A model generated the notes under the pieces. That model ran no database searches. It saw nothing but the letters and a program-made list of their open reading frames with translations, and was not told the DNA's origin. This document shows positions 17,974-27,500 of a stretch of 64,000 nucleotides of DNA, one piece after another; the stretch's first letter is position 1; the number at the start of each line of letters is the position of its first letter. This stretch comes from a virus. The stretch lies in IMG/VR virus record IMGVR_UViG_3300037461_000986, positions 1 to 64,000 of that record. One strand, 5' to 3'. The translations under genes were made by a program, and so were the position numbers.

Positions 17974-20220
17974 TCAGGCGGCGAGCTGCTCTTGCAGGGC
18001 GCGCGTGTCTTGCGTGACGAGCAACACGACGAACTCGGTCGGCTTGTTCGTCGCTAGGCCCACGCGGATCGTCATGATGCCGGCCATCTCATTGACCAGC
18101 GGGTTCAGCTGGTCCGACGTGTCGATAAAGAACGCATCCGAGGGCACTGTCGAGCGGAAGGCGCCCTTCGCCATCTCCCGCTTGAGAAATGACAGGATGA
18201 TGAGGTGCGCGGTGCGGCGCGTGGTGCGATTGTTGAAGCGGTGGCGCAGGATGTCGAGGCCCACGCGCAGCGCGTTCTCGATGAAGATCACGCCCCGGCG
18301 CTCGCCCACGTTCGGGAAGTTGCCGGTGCTCTTGAGCGTGCGCCCACCGTCGATGTACCACGGGGTGCTGTCGCCCTTGCGGATCGGGTTGATGCGGTAC
18401 GGGTACACCAGGTCGCGCACGTTGGCGTCCATGACCGGATGGATGCTGCCGCCGGCCGGGTCGTCCTCGACGCCCAGGATGCCGCGCAGCACGCCGTAGT
18501 TGTCCATGTAGCCGGCCGGGCTCTCGTACACGCCGCCGAGCTTCTGGTCGTTCGCGGCCATGCGGCCGGCGATGGCGCCGCTGGGCGGCACGGTGATGGC
18601 GTTGTCGGTGCCGTAGATGGTCGTGGACGGGTTCGCGATCTTGATGCGCGGCCAGTAGATCGCGCCGTACTCGCTGTATTCTGACAGGCCCGAGCCGGTG
18701 ACGTAGGTCACCATCTGCTGCGCGGTCTGCGCGGCGGCCGGGTCGAGGATGACAAACATGCTGCCGTTGCGGGTGACCTCGGCGTAGTCGCACAGGCCCA
18801 GGTGCACGGCCTGGCTGGTCACGCCGGGGGCGATGAGCAGCGTGCCGTTGGTCACGCGGTCGAAGCAGGACAGGCCGGTCGGCCCGGCGGAGCTGCCGAG
18901 GTAGTCGCTATCGGCCAGGGCCGCGAGGCCGTCGTTGCCGCCCGACAGCGCCGAGCTGGTGCCGTTGACCGGCCGCTTCTGGGTCGGCGTCAGCACGAGC
19001 CCGAGGTCGGTCACCGTGATGAGCTGGCTGCCGAAATCGAGGTGGTTGACGCGCGTCTCGACGTAGTCCACCGAGGTGTCGTCCATGGTGAGGTTCGGGA
19101 AGGTTTCCTGCACCAGGCCGGACTTGAGGACCGCCATGTTGAAGGAAGCCGCCGCGCCGTTGCTGGCGGCAGAGATGCGGATCGTGATGGCGTCCCCGTA
19201 GATGCCAGGGGTCTTGCCGTCGATGGTGAGCGTGGGTTGCGGCGCGGTCGTCGCGCCCTCGTGCAGATCGGTGTCGAAGCCGAAGTCGATGTCGCCCGTG
19301 CCCTCGACCTGCAAGCTCGCGGCGGGGCCGGTGGCCGTTGTCGTGATGGTGATGGTGCTGCCGCCGTTGACGGTGACCGCGGTGCCCGCGAGCGCGGCCT
19401 CGAGCACGGCCTCGACCTCGGCCGGGGTGATCGCCTTGATGTTGGCGACGTTGCCGGTGCCGTTGGTGTCGGCCGTCGGGAATGAAAGTATGGCATTCAA
19501 AGTGCCGCCAGTCGTGATCTGGAGGCTGGCGCCCGAGCCGAACTGGTCGGTCGTGAGCTTGACGTGCCCGGTATCGACCACGGCGTTCACGCCGACGAGC
19601 TTGCCGTTCAAGTCGGCCGCGACCTCGGCGGCGAGCGTGAGCCCGGCGGCGATGACTACGGTCTGCTCGAGCCCGCCATTGACGCCAGCGACCGTCACGC
19701 CCATGGACTCGGTGCCCGCGGTTGCGGCGATCGGCCAGGTCGCGGCTTCGGTGATCGAGGCGGCCGTGGCGGTGAAGGTCGCGACGTCGTGCACGCCGCC
19801 CACCTTGATATGGAACTCGTCATTCGGGTCGGCCACGAATGGCCCCGCGTCGCTCGGCCCTACGGAGGCGGGCGTTGCCGCCGCGCCCGCGTTGCTCAGG
19901 TTGCGGGTCGACACCACGGCCGTGAAGCTCGTGGGGTCGGTGATGTCGGTATAGTGGCAGGTGCGCACGACCCACGCGAACGAGCCGCCGGCCGCGAAGA
20001 ACTGCTGCATGGCGGGCGCCACCTGGCCGCTCGCGGTGTATCCGCCGAACGTGGCGACGTACTCATCGAACGAGGTCACCAGGACGGGATCGCCAATCGG
20101 GCCGCGCTCCGTGATGCCGACGCAGAGCAGCACCGCGCTTGGCAGCGCCGTAATGGCCGGGATGGCCGGCTGCTCTTCGAGGACCACGACCTTTGAGGAT
20201 AACAGTGCAGTGCTCGCCAT
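17974..20220 (-). CDS. contractile tail sheath protein with a large internal insertion
   Basis: 748 aa. Sheath-type N-terminus (PAITALPSAVLLCVGITERGP..VTSFDEYVATFGG) and C-terminal core (GVYESPAGY...INPIRK...GGRTLKS...FVVLLVTQDT). Residues ~105-325 form an extra repeat-containing domain. Confidence 0.9.
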   Translation of the reverse strand: MASTALLSSKVVVLEEQPAIPAITALPSAVLLCVGITERGPIGDPVLVTSFDEYVATFGGYTASGQVAPAMQQFFAAGGSFAWVVRTCHYTDITDPTSFTAVVSTRNLSNAGAAATPASVGPSDAGPFVADPNDEFHIKVGGVHDVATFTATAASITEAATWPIAATAGTESMGVTVAGVNGGLEQTVVIAAGLTLAAEVAADLNGKLVGVNAVVDTGHVKLTTDQFGSGASLQITTGGTLNAILSFPTADTNGTGNVANIKAITPAEVEAVLEAALAGTAVTVNGGSTITITTTATGPAASLQVEGTGDIDFGFDTDLHEGATTAPQPTLTIDGKTPGIYGDAITIRISAASNGAAASFNMAVLKSGLVQETFPNLTMDDTSVDYVETRVNHLDFGSQLITVTDLGLVLTPTQKRPVNGTSSALSGGNDGLAALADSDYLGSSAGPTGLSCFDRVTNGTLLIAPGVTSQAVHLGLCDYAEVTRNGSMFVILDPAAAQTAQQMVTYVTGSGLSEYSEYGAIYWPRIKIANPSTTIYGTDNAITVPPSGAIAGRMAANDQKLGGVYESPAGYMDNYGVLRGILGVEDDPAGGSIHPVMDANVRDLVYPYRINPIRKGDSTPWYIDGGRTLKSTGNFPNVGERRGVIFIENALRVGLDILRHRFNNRTTRRTAHLIILSFLKREMAKGAFRSTVPSDAFFIDTSDQLNPLVNEMAGIMTIRVGLATNKPTEFVVLLVTQDTRALQEQLAA

Positions 20221-20222
20221 GG

Positions 20223-20534
20223 TTACTCCTTGTCCTTGCTCGCGCGGCGGCGTCGCGGCGCCTGCGGATCGTGCGGGGTTTCTGCGTCTGCACTGCTAGC
20301 TTGAGCGGGCGCCTGGCGCACGCGCAGCGTGCCGGCCGCTATCATGGCGGCGATCTCCGACGAGCGCAGCACGCCCAGCGGTAGGCCGCGCTGCCACAGG
20401 CCCGGCATGAGATGGATGGAAGCCCAGCGGCCGTTTCGGCACAGGCAGGTGCCCCCGCCGCAGCAGACCTCCGCATGGGTCAGGTTGATCGTCTTGGGCG
20501 TCGCACCACCATAGCGTAGGTCAACAGTCGGCAT
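20223..20534 (-). CDS. small hypothetical protein (Cys cluster CCGGGTCLC)
   Basis: 103 aa with GC-rich third positions. Its end supplies the GGAG for the sheath start. Confidence 0.55.
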   Translation of the reverse strand: MPTVDLRYGGATPKTINLTHAEVCCGGGTCLCRNGRWASIHLMPGLWQRGLPLGVLRSSEIAAMIAAGTLRVRQAPAQASSADAETPHDPQAPRRRRASKDKE

Positions 20535-20542
20535 CGGACCTC

Positions 20543-21508
20543 CTATTGCTCTTGAACATCGAGGACCGGCGCCCCGTCGTTCGAAGCGATTCGCCAGCCG
20601 CGCTCAATCACGGTAGCAGAGTCATCATCCAGATGCACGCCCCTGACCAGTATGCGCGCGTCGAACATATACAGGTCGTCGGTATTGGGCGCCGCGTCGA
20701 AGCGCGGGAACTCCGTATCGACGATCTCAATTTCATACTCGTTATCGACCGAGAGCGTCACGCCGGGCACGGCCGGGAGCGCGAGCAGCTGGACGTCGCG
20801 CAGCGCGAGCATGAACGCCTCGCCCAGCGCGCCAAGGTGCACGGGCGAACTCGCAAGCCCGCGCACGTCATAGGCCAGGTCCACGGTCACCGGCTCGCGG
20901 CGCCGCAGCCACTGGGTCGCGCCCACCGCCTCGTCGTCCTCGCGGTTGAAGCCGTAGTCCCGATTGCGCTCCAGGATCGGCCCGCTGAGCAGGAGCGCCG
21001 GGGTCGATGCGCGCAGGCGCTCCCAGGTGGCCGGGTCGTCGTCGTAGTCGCGTCCCTGCGTGAGCGCCACGTTCGCAATGACGTGCCGTTTGAGCAATTG
21101 GATTACGGCGATGTTGAGCCGCACGAGCATACTGCGCGCGCTGAGCTCGGGCCGGGTCATCGCGTAGGCGTCCGGCTTGGTCACGTTCTCGAGCGCCACC
21201 TCGTCCTCGTCGTCGTCCAGGTTGGCGACGCGCACGTCCTGCAGCAGGGGCCAGGTGGTCGGCGGGGTGCCGGTCAGGGTCGGGACGACCGCGTAAATCA
21301 GCGTCGCGGAGGCCGCCTGCGCCGAGGGCGATTCGACCCCGTCGAACTTCACCGACACCGAGCGCGGCGCCGGGCCGCCCAGGTACCCGTCCGGGTCGGG
21401 CGCAGCCGGCAGCGCGAAGTTCGTCCCGGTGATGGCCACGACGTTGGTGCCGCGCGTGTACCCAGCGTTGGGTACAATCGTGGTGATGGTCGGAATCTTC
21501 GGGGCCAT
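20543..21508 (-). CDS. IPT/TIG-like Ig domain fused to a possible tail terminator (DUF4255-like) domain
   Basis: 321 aa. The N-terminus ITTIVPNAGYTRGTNVVAITGTNF is an IPT/TIG-type strand pattern. The remainder (..LVRLNIAVIQLLKRHV...PALLLSGPILERNRDY..) weakly resembles sheath-terminator proteins. It is positioned just before the sheath gene. Confidence 0.4.
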   Translation of the reverse strand: MAPKIPTITTIVPNAGYTRGTNVVAITGTNFALPAAPDPDGYLGGPAPRSVSVKFDGVESPSAQAASATLIYAVVPTLTGTPPTTWPLLQDVRVANLDDDEDEVALENVTKPDAYAMTRPELSARSMLVRLNIAVIQLLKRHVIANVALTQGRDYDDDPATWERLRASTPALLLSGPILERNRDYGFNREDDEAVGATQWLRRREPVTVDLAYDVRGLASSPVHLGALGEAFMLALRDVQLLALPAVPGVTLSVDNEYEIEIVDTEFPRFDAAPNTDDLYMFDARILVRGVHLDDDSATVIERGWRIASNDGAPVLDVQEQ

Positions 21509-22257
21509 TACTTGCCTCCGCTCTGGCGCGCCACGCCCTTGAGGTAGGCCGCCACGCCGGCCATGCGGCCGCCGCCAGCGGGCGCCGCGCCTCCCCCGCC
21601 CTGCGGCCCGCCCGAGCGACTGCCGCGCGCGCGCTCCGCCAGCTTGAGCTTATCCTGCATGTAGGTGGTCCAGCGCTCCGTCGCGGGCTTGCCCGGCAGC
21701 GAGCCGCGCAGGTCCCAGCCGCGCCCGGTGAACCACTTCTCATAGGGCGCCCGCAGGAACGACCGCACGGGCAGGCCCGGATGGTTGATCACCGTGGTCG
21801 TCTTCTTGAGCGGGCGCTTGAAGATCTTCTTCTTGAACATGGCGTACCAGAACCGGCGCATCTTGGGCGTCACGTTGATCACGTAGGGCGATGTCCCGAA
21901 CTCGTGGATCTCCGCGATGTTGGCCAACGACCCGCCCGTGCGCGAGCGCGCGGAGCGGTGCACGCCCACGAAGTACCCCGCCTTGCCACTACCGGTCGCG
22001 ATCTGCTGGTACTTGATCGACGCCAGCAGGTCGCCATGGTTGATGAGCGGCTTGGAGCTACGCTTCATCTTGATGGTCGATTTCGCTAGCGGATAGAAGG
22101 ACTTGCTCGTGCGCATGCGCTGGATAATGGCGCGCTGGAGCTCGGTCGTGAGGCGCAGGGTGGCCCAGTCCACGGCCTTGGGCATCTTGTCCTTGAGCGC
22201 GCCGACCTCCTTGAGCATCAGGCGCGACAGCGAGTAGTCGAACTCGAAGGTGATCAT
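21508..22257 (-). CDS. HK97 gp10-like / tail completion (virion morphogenesis) protein
   Basis: 249 aa. ..LINHGDLLASIKYQ..GYFVGVH..LANIAEIHEFGT...PGLPVRSFLRAPYE fits the gp10-family pattern. The C-terminal tail is Gly-rich. Confidence 0.5.
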   Translation of the reverse strand: MITFEFDYSLSRLMLKEVGALKDKMPKAVDWATLRLTTELQRAIIQRMRTSKSFYPLAKSTIKMKRSSKPLINHGDLLASIKYQQIATGSGKAGYFVGVHRSARSRTGGSLANIAEIHEFGTSPYVINVTPKMRRFWYAMFKKKIFKRPLKKTTTVINHPGLPVRSFLRAPYEKWFTGRGWDLRGSLPGKPATERWTTYMQDKLKLAERARGSRSGGPQGGGGAAPAGGGRMAGVAAYLKGVARQSGGK

Positions 22258-22766
22258 GCGCGCCCGCCCGCGGTCTGCGCCGCGTACTTGCAGAACAGGA
22301 TCACGAGGTTGCTGCGCGGCGTGCCGAAGGCCGCAATGGCGGGCTCGCAGCGCTCGACCTTGACCACGAACAGGCCCGGCGGATTGTCGAAGGCCTCCTC
22401 CACCGTGCCGTCGCTCCGCAGCAGCGCGCCCACGCGGTCGCCGTTGGTGATCATCGGCCGGCCGTTCGCGTCCATGAGGCCCGCCGCCTCCAGGTCCGGA
22501 ATGTGCAACACGAACTCCAGGTCGTAGTCGATCTCGTAGCCCGTCCCGCGCGGCGTGGCCGCGCCCCAGGACCGCCGCCCGACCTGGCAGGGCAGGTCTA
22601 CCGGCGCCTGCTCCACGCGGGAGCTAGCGCCCGTCTGGGTGTCGTCATCGACGGGCAGGAGGCAGCGCAGGTCCTCATCGTAGCCGCCGCCCACCACGGC
22701 CGCCGAGGCCGTCGCATCGAGGCGATAGAGCCGCACGACCGCGCGGTTGATGAGGCGGCCGCGCAT
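22254..22766 (-). CDS. head-tail adaptor / head closure protein (by position)
   Basis: 170 aa between the connector-like and gp10-like genes. ATGA-type overlaps at both ends. No sharp motif. Confidence 0.4.
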   Translation of the reverse strand: MRGRLINRAVVRLYRLDATASAAVVGGGYDEDLRCLLPVDDDTQTGASSRVEQAPVDLPCQVGRRSWGAATPRGTGYEIDYDLEFVLHIPDLEAAGLMDANGRPMITNGDRVGALLRSDGTVEEAFDNPPGLFVVKVERCEPAIAAFGTPRSNLVILFCKYAAQTAGGRA

Positions 22767-23791
22767 CAGACGACGCCCACGCCGATGGGCGCCATAAAGC
22801 CCATCAGGATGTTGTCGACTTCGAGGTCGCCCGTGATGCCGTAGGAGTTATCCCCGACGCCCGCGCCGCCCAGCGAGTAGGACTGGTCGCGGGTGGTCTC
22901 GCTCATGAGCCGCGCTTGATTGCGCAGGTCCGTGCCGAGGCCGCTGCCGATGGTGTACGCGAACCGCATGGCCAGGCGCAGCGCAGCGTAGCGGATCAGC
23001 TCGGGCGTCTCCCCGTAGGTGGTCGGGATTTGCGAGCCGGCCACCGTCTCCCCGGGCGGCACGCCGACGCCCAGGTCAGTGTAGCCGAACACCCCGGACA
23101 CGGTGACGATCTGCCGGTCCTCGTACCACCGCCGCGAGCCGTCGTCATAGGCGGAGATGCGCCGCGTCAGCTCGGTGCCGGCGTAGTTCGCCTGCCGCCA
23201 CGCGATGCGCGGATTGGCGCGGTCATCCGGGGCGGTGAGGCCCTGGGTCAGGTGCCGGTTGTAGACGACCAGGTCCGCGAGGTCGATGGTCTCGTCGAAC
23301 AGGGCGATGCCCGTGGGCGCGATGACTGGCACCTCGAACCAGAGGTCCCGCCCGGGGTTGGCGTCGAGCTTGAACGCGCGCGTGCGCGGCTCGAACCACT
23401 GCCGCGTGACCTGGTCGATCATCGCGGTCGCGCGCGCGAGCCCGAGGATGGCGCGCGCATCGGGCACGCTCGTCGGCAGGCCCTCGTTGCGCAGGTCCTC
23501 CAGGCTGGCGTAGCCCGCGAGCCCCGGCGTGATGGGATCGGACAGCCCCGAGTCCTCGGTCGTCAGCGAATTGTAGTAGCTGACCGCGTAGTAGTAGGTC
23601 GTCGCGCCCGCCATGTCGTCGTACAGGTAGCTGGTGACGCCCGCCGCGAGCGCCACGCGGCTGCCCGGCCCGGTGATCTCAGTCCACGGCCCGCTCGATC
23701 CGACCGTCGAGCGCCAGACGCGCTGCGTATCGAACTGCGTCATGACGTTCGCCAACTCCTGCACTTCCCAGCGAATCTTGACGGTCGTCAT
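22766..23791 (-). CDS. FN3-like domain fused to a head-tail connector-like protein
   Basis: 341 aa. The N-terminal ~90 aa have an FN3-like pattern (..GPWTEI...VTSYLYDDMAGATTYYYAVSYYNSLTTEDSGLSDP). The rest (..LEDLRNEGLP...ARAILGLARATAMIDQVTRQWF..) resembles gp6-type connector / DNA-packaging adaptor proteins. Confidence 0.45.
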   Translation of the reverse strand: MTTVKIRWEVQELANVMTQFDTQRVWRSTVGSSGPWTEITGPGSRVALAAGVTSYLYDDMAGATTYYYAVSYYNSLTTEDSGLSDPITPGLAGYASLEDLRNEGLPTSVPDARAILGLARATAMIDQVTRQWFEPRTRAFKLDANPGRDLWFEVPVIAPTGIALFDETIDLADLVVYNRHLTQGLTAPDDRANPRIAWRQANYAGTELTRRISAYDDGSRRWYEDRQIVTVSGVFGYTDLGVGVPPGETVAGSQIPTTYGETPELIRYAALRLAMRFAYTIGSGLGTDLRNQARLMSETTRDQSYSLGGAGVGDNSYGITGDLEVDNILMGFMAPIGVGVV

Positions 23792-23937
23792 GTCGGGACC
23801 ACCTCGCCCTTCACGCGCGCGGGCCGCAGCACTTGCGCGGTCGTGAGCGTCGGCCGCAGCTGCGTCGGCTTTGCCGCGGGCGGCGGCGGCGTCGCGCCGG
23901 CCAGGTTGATGATCGGAAAGCGGTGGCTCGTGATCAT
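23788..23937 (-). CDS. small hypothetical ORF (49 aa), not in the ORF track
   Basis: My translation is MITSHRFPIINLAGATPPPPAAKPTQLRPTLTTAQVLRPARVKGEVVPT*. AGGAGG lies 7 nt upstream of the ATG at 23937. The stop overlaps the next start (ATGA). Third positions are GC-rich. Confidence 0.45.
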   Translation of the reverse strand: MITSHRFPIINLAGATPPPPAAKPTQLRPTLTTAQVLRPARVKGEVVPT

Positions 23938-23953
23938 TGCCGCACCTCCTGGC

Positions 23954-24523
23954 CTATACCTTTGCGAATCCCAAGTTAGTATGCCACGTCAGCCCGGCCC
24001 GCGTCGCCTCACAGGCGAGGTAGTACTCCTGCCCCGCGTCGAGGTCGATGGCCGCCATCGAGAACGTGAACACGCCATCCGCATTGTCGTCGGTGTCCGT
24101 GCCGAGGTCCTGCACCTCGGTGCCGTCCGGTAGGCGCACGCTCGCGGCGATGCTGAGCATGTCGAGCTGCCGCTGTCCGTCCCGCTCGAGCCAGATCGAA
24201 AATGTCACGTCCGTGGCGTCGTCCGCCGCCGCAAAGCCCCACGTCAGCGGGGCCTGGGTCACGACGTAGGTGCCGCCGTAGACGGCCTGCGTCGCATCGA
24301 CCCCAACCTCGGTGACCCACTTGCCGGGCACGTCCGGGGTGAACTCAAACACGTACTCCCCACTCGTGCCAATCTCGGCGATGGTGTAGGCCACGACGCG
24401 CGGCACGCCATCGACCCAGAGCGTCACCGAGAAGGCGGTCTCCCCGGTAATCTTTGTCCAGCCATCCGGCTCGTAGATCGGGAACTGGTCCAGGATCGTC
24501 GTCCCTAAATCCACGGTCTGCAT
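23954..24523 (-). CDS. hypothetical protein, two Ig-like/beta-sandwich halves
   Basis: 189 aa with internally similar halves (..GEYVFEFTPDVPGKWV.. and ..DGVFTFSMAAIDLDAGQEYY..). AAGGAGG RBS. Confidence 0.6.
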   Translation of the reverse strand: MQTVDLGTTILDQFPIYEPDGWTKITGETAFSVTLWVDGVPRVVAYTIAEIGTSGEYVFEFTPDVPGKWVTEVGVDATQAVYGGTYVVTQAPLTWGFAAADDATDVTFSIWLERDGQRQLDMLSIAASVRLPDGTEVQDLGTDTDDNADGVFTFSMAAIDLDAGQEYYLACEATRAGLTWHTNLGFAKV

Positions 24524-24574
24524 GGGGCCTCCTTGGGATCGCTCCCGGTCAATCGCGGCGCGCGGTCAACCCGT

Positions 24575-27500
24575 TTAAATAATCTGCATATCGCACATGG
24601 ACGTCATCACCGCGCTCGCGCCGGGCGTCACGCCGACGTGGATGAAGGCCGGGCTCGCCGCGCTGTTAAAGGTCGCCGTCGCGGTCGGCGCGCCCGCGAT
24701 GCGCCCGAGCCCCGTCGCGCTGGTCAGCGTGTTGACGTAGAACGCATTGCACCGCGCCGTCGCCGCCGCGCCCAGCGTGAGGATGTCGCACACGATGCGC
24801 AGCCGCGCCTGGTCGATGGCCGCCGTGTTGGTGCCGCTCGTCCACGAGGCGATAGCCGTGTCACCCGTCCCGCCCGTCGTGCCGAACTTCACCTGCACGG
24901 CCCAGGTCGCCGTGCCCGCCGCCGTCTTGATGAGCACGATCTCCCAGACGAAGCGCGTGCCGACGAGCAGACTATTCACCGGCAGGCTCAAGAGCGAGCC
25001 AGTCAGCACGTTCGCCGACACCGCAAGGGCCTGCATCGCCGTCGTGAGCGCCGGCATGGCCGAGATCGGCATCGCGTTGTTGTTGTACGCGATCCGCTTG
25101 AAGACGCCGGTGCCGCCATCGTTGATGAAGGGCGCGGTGTTATTGTTGCCGACGTCGTTCTGGATGATCTGGTACCGGTTCGACGCGCCCGCCGCGATGT
25201 TGATGGCGTAGCGCTGCGTGTTCGCCGCCGTGCCCGCAAGGCCGATGCGGTTGCCGACGAGCTCGAAGTCGCTGACCGCCGCCGCAATGGCGATGCCATC
25301 GTAGGTGTTCGAGGCGGAGGCCGAGTTGCCCGCGACGGTCGAGCCGTTCACGCGGATGTTGGTGCCGAATAGGTAGTTAATGCCGTGCCTGCCGTTGTCC
25401 AGGAAGCGGCAGGACGCGAAGCTGACGTCATCGAGCACGCCGTTGCTCGCGCCCTCGAGCGTCACGCCGTGGCCAACGCCCGCCGCGTTCGCGCGCCCGA
25501 ACCAGCAGCCAACGAACTTGATGGACCGAAGCTGCCCCGGCGACGCCTGGTTCGGCGTGTACAGGTAGGCGCCGTTCGTCCCGGCGAGGTCGAACATGCT
25601 GTCACTGATAAAGCCGTACTGCACATTCGCGCCGCTGCTCGGGTACAGGTACAGCCCGTGCGTCACGTTGTTGACCGTGACGTTCTGGATGCTGAACGCG
25701 CCGGCCGCCTTGACCATGATGCCTGCCAGTGGCTTCGCGCCCGCCCCGTTCGTCACCATGATCCACGGCCCGAGATTGACGTCGAGCGCCGTGCTATTGT
25801 CCACGTAGACGCCCACACCGTTCGTCGCCACGCCGTCCTTGAGCTGGACGTTGCTCACCGTGACCTTGCCCGACCCGCCGCGAATGTAGATGCCATAGTA
25901 CCAGCCGAACATATTGACGCGGTCGATGAGCACGTTATGCGCGCCGTTCGTGTCGATGAAGCTGGAGCCCGCGACCTGCGCCGTGATGGTGCCAATCTCG
26001 AGGTCGCGGAACGTGATGAACTCGTTGCCGGCCGTGAGCTGAAACACCGGCAGGTTCGTGCTCGTCGGGTTGATGAGCGCCGCGCCGGCGCCCGGCCCGC
26101 GGAACGTCAGGGCCACATCGTTGACCGTGATGGTGCCCGTGGTCTTGTAGATGCCGCCTGGAAAGAAGATCGTCGCGCCGCGGTCGCCCGCCGCGGCCGC
26201 CGCCGTGAGCGTGTCCCGAATCGCCGTGGTGTCGTCCGCGATACCGTCGCCCACTGCGCCATAGTCCTTGACGTTGAACACCGGGAACACGCCGCCCACC
26301 GCGCCGAAGGACGGGGCCGCCGCCACGCCGCCGCCCTTGAGGACCGTGCCGGCCGCGCCGAGCGCGATCTCGGAAAACACGCCCGAGCCGTTGCTGTGGA
26401 ACAGCTTCCAGTTGCCACGCGCCGCCGCGAGCCGCGAGGTGTCGGTCGGATGGCGGTGGTCGGAGCGCGGCACCAGGCTCGTAGTGCCCACGCTGACCGC
26501 GCCGTCCATGAGGATGTTGGCTGTCGAGGTCTCGTAGTCGGGAATGGCCGCGAGCGCCGCCTTCTCCGCGTCCAGCTCCTCGAGCGCGAGCTGCACGTTG
26601 GCCGACGAGATATCGCCAGCAGGCGTGAACGTCACCGCTGAGGCTGTCGTCGAGGTGATACCGCCCGCCATCGGAAGCGACGAGACGAGCCGGTAGTCAT
26701 CCTCCCCGGCAATCGCCTGCACGACACCATCGGCGCGTACAATAAGGCGATAGAGCGGCTTGAGTTCCCCGGACAGGTTCTTGTTGGCAAGCGAGGGAAA
26801 GGCTGCCGCGCGCGCGAGCACCAACGAGCGATACCCGTTGTCGGCCGCGACGGCGGGGGACACGGTCTCGGCCACGCAGTAGACCGGGGTGTGCAGGTCC
26901 GTCGCGCCATAGACGAAAAAGTTGAAGTAGCGGTTCGCGGCCGAGCTGGCCTGCGTCAGCACGTACCCGGTCAGGTTGACGTAGGTCGGCCGGCCCGCCG
27001 CGCCCGCGCGGAACGGAATCGTGGACGGTGTGGTATCGAACGCGTAGGTGTTGGCGTCCGTCTGATAGAGCGTGCGCAGGGCATGCGGCGCGGGCCACGA
27101 TGCCGAGGCCAGCGCCGAAAAGGCGATGTCCTCATCCCATAGCTCGCCCCCGGACATCGTGAAGGTAGCACCGAGCCCGGTACCCGTGGGCGCGAAGTCA
27201 AACCCCGATCGATAGCGCGTGCCCACGGTGTCGTGCGCCCACGCATGCCACTGCGTATCCCGCAGGTAGCTGTGGCGCTCGTCCGAGACGAGGCCATAGT
27301 TGCTGCCGTTCCATGAGATTCCGGCGATCACGACGTTCGAGGTAGACGTAAAGCCCGGGAAGGTCTTGGTCGCCAGCAGCGTGCCGGTCGCGCGGTTGAA
27401 GTAGACCCAGTAATAGCCCGCCGTACTGCCTCCCACGCCGTCATCCAGCGTGGCCGTCTTATCGGCCGCGACGGTGCAGCTCACGCCCTTGTAGAAGTAG

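Noticed and set aside
1-23791. The tail module as a stand-alone tailocin or extracellular contractile injection system.
   Set aside because: The same co-directional operon contains terminase, portal, protease, scaffold and capsid genes. No eCIS-type AAA+ ATPase is present. This is a complete virion structural module.
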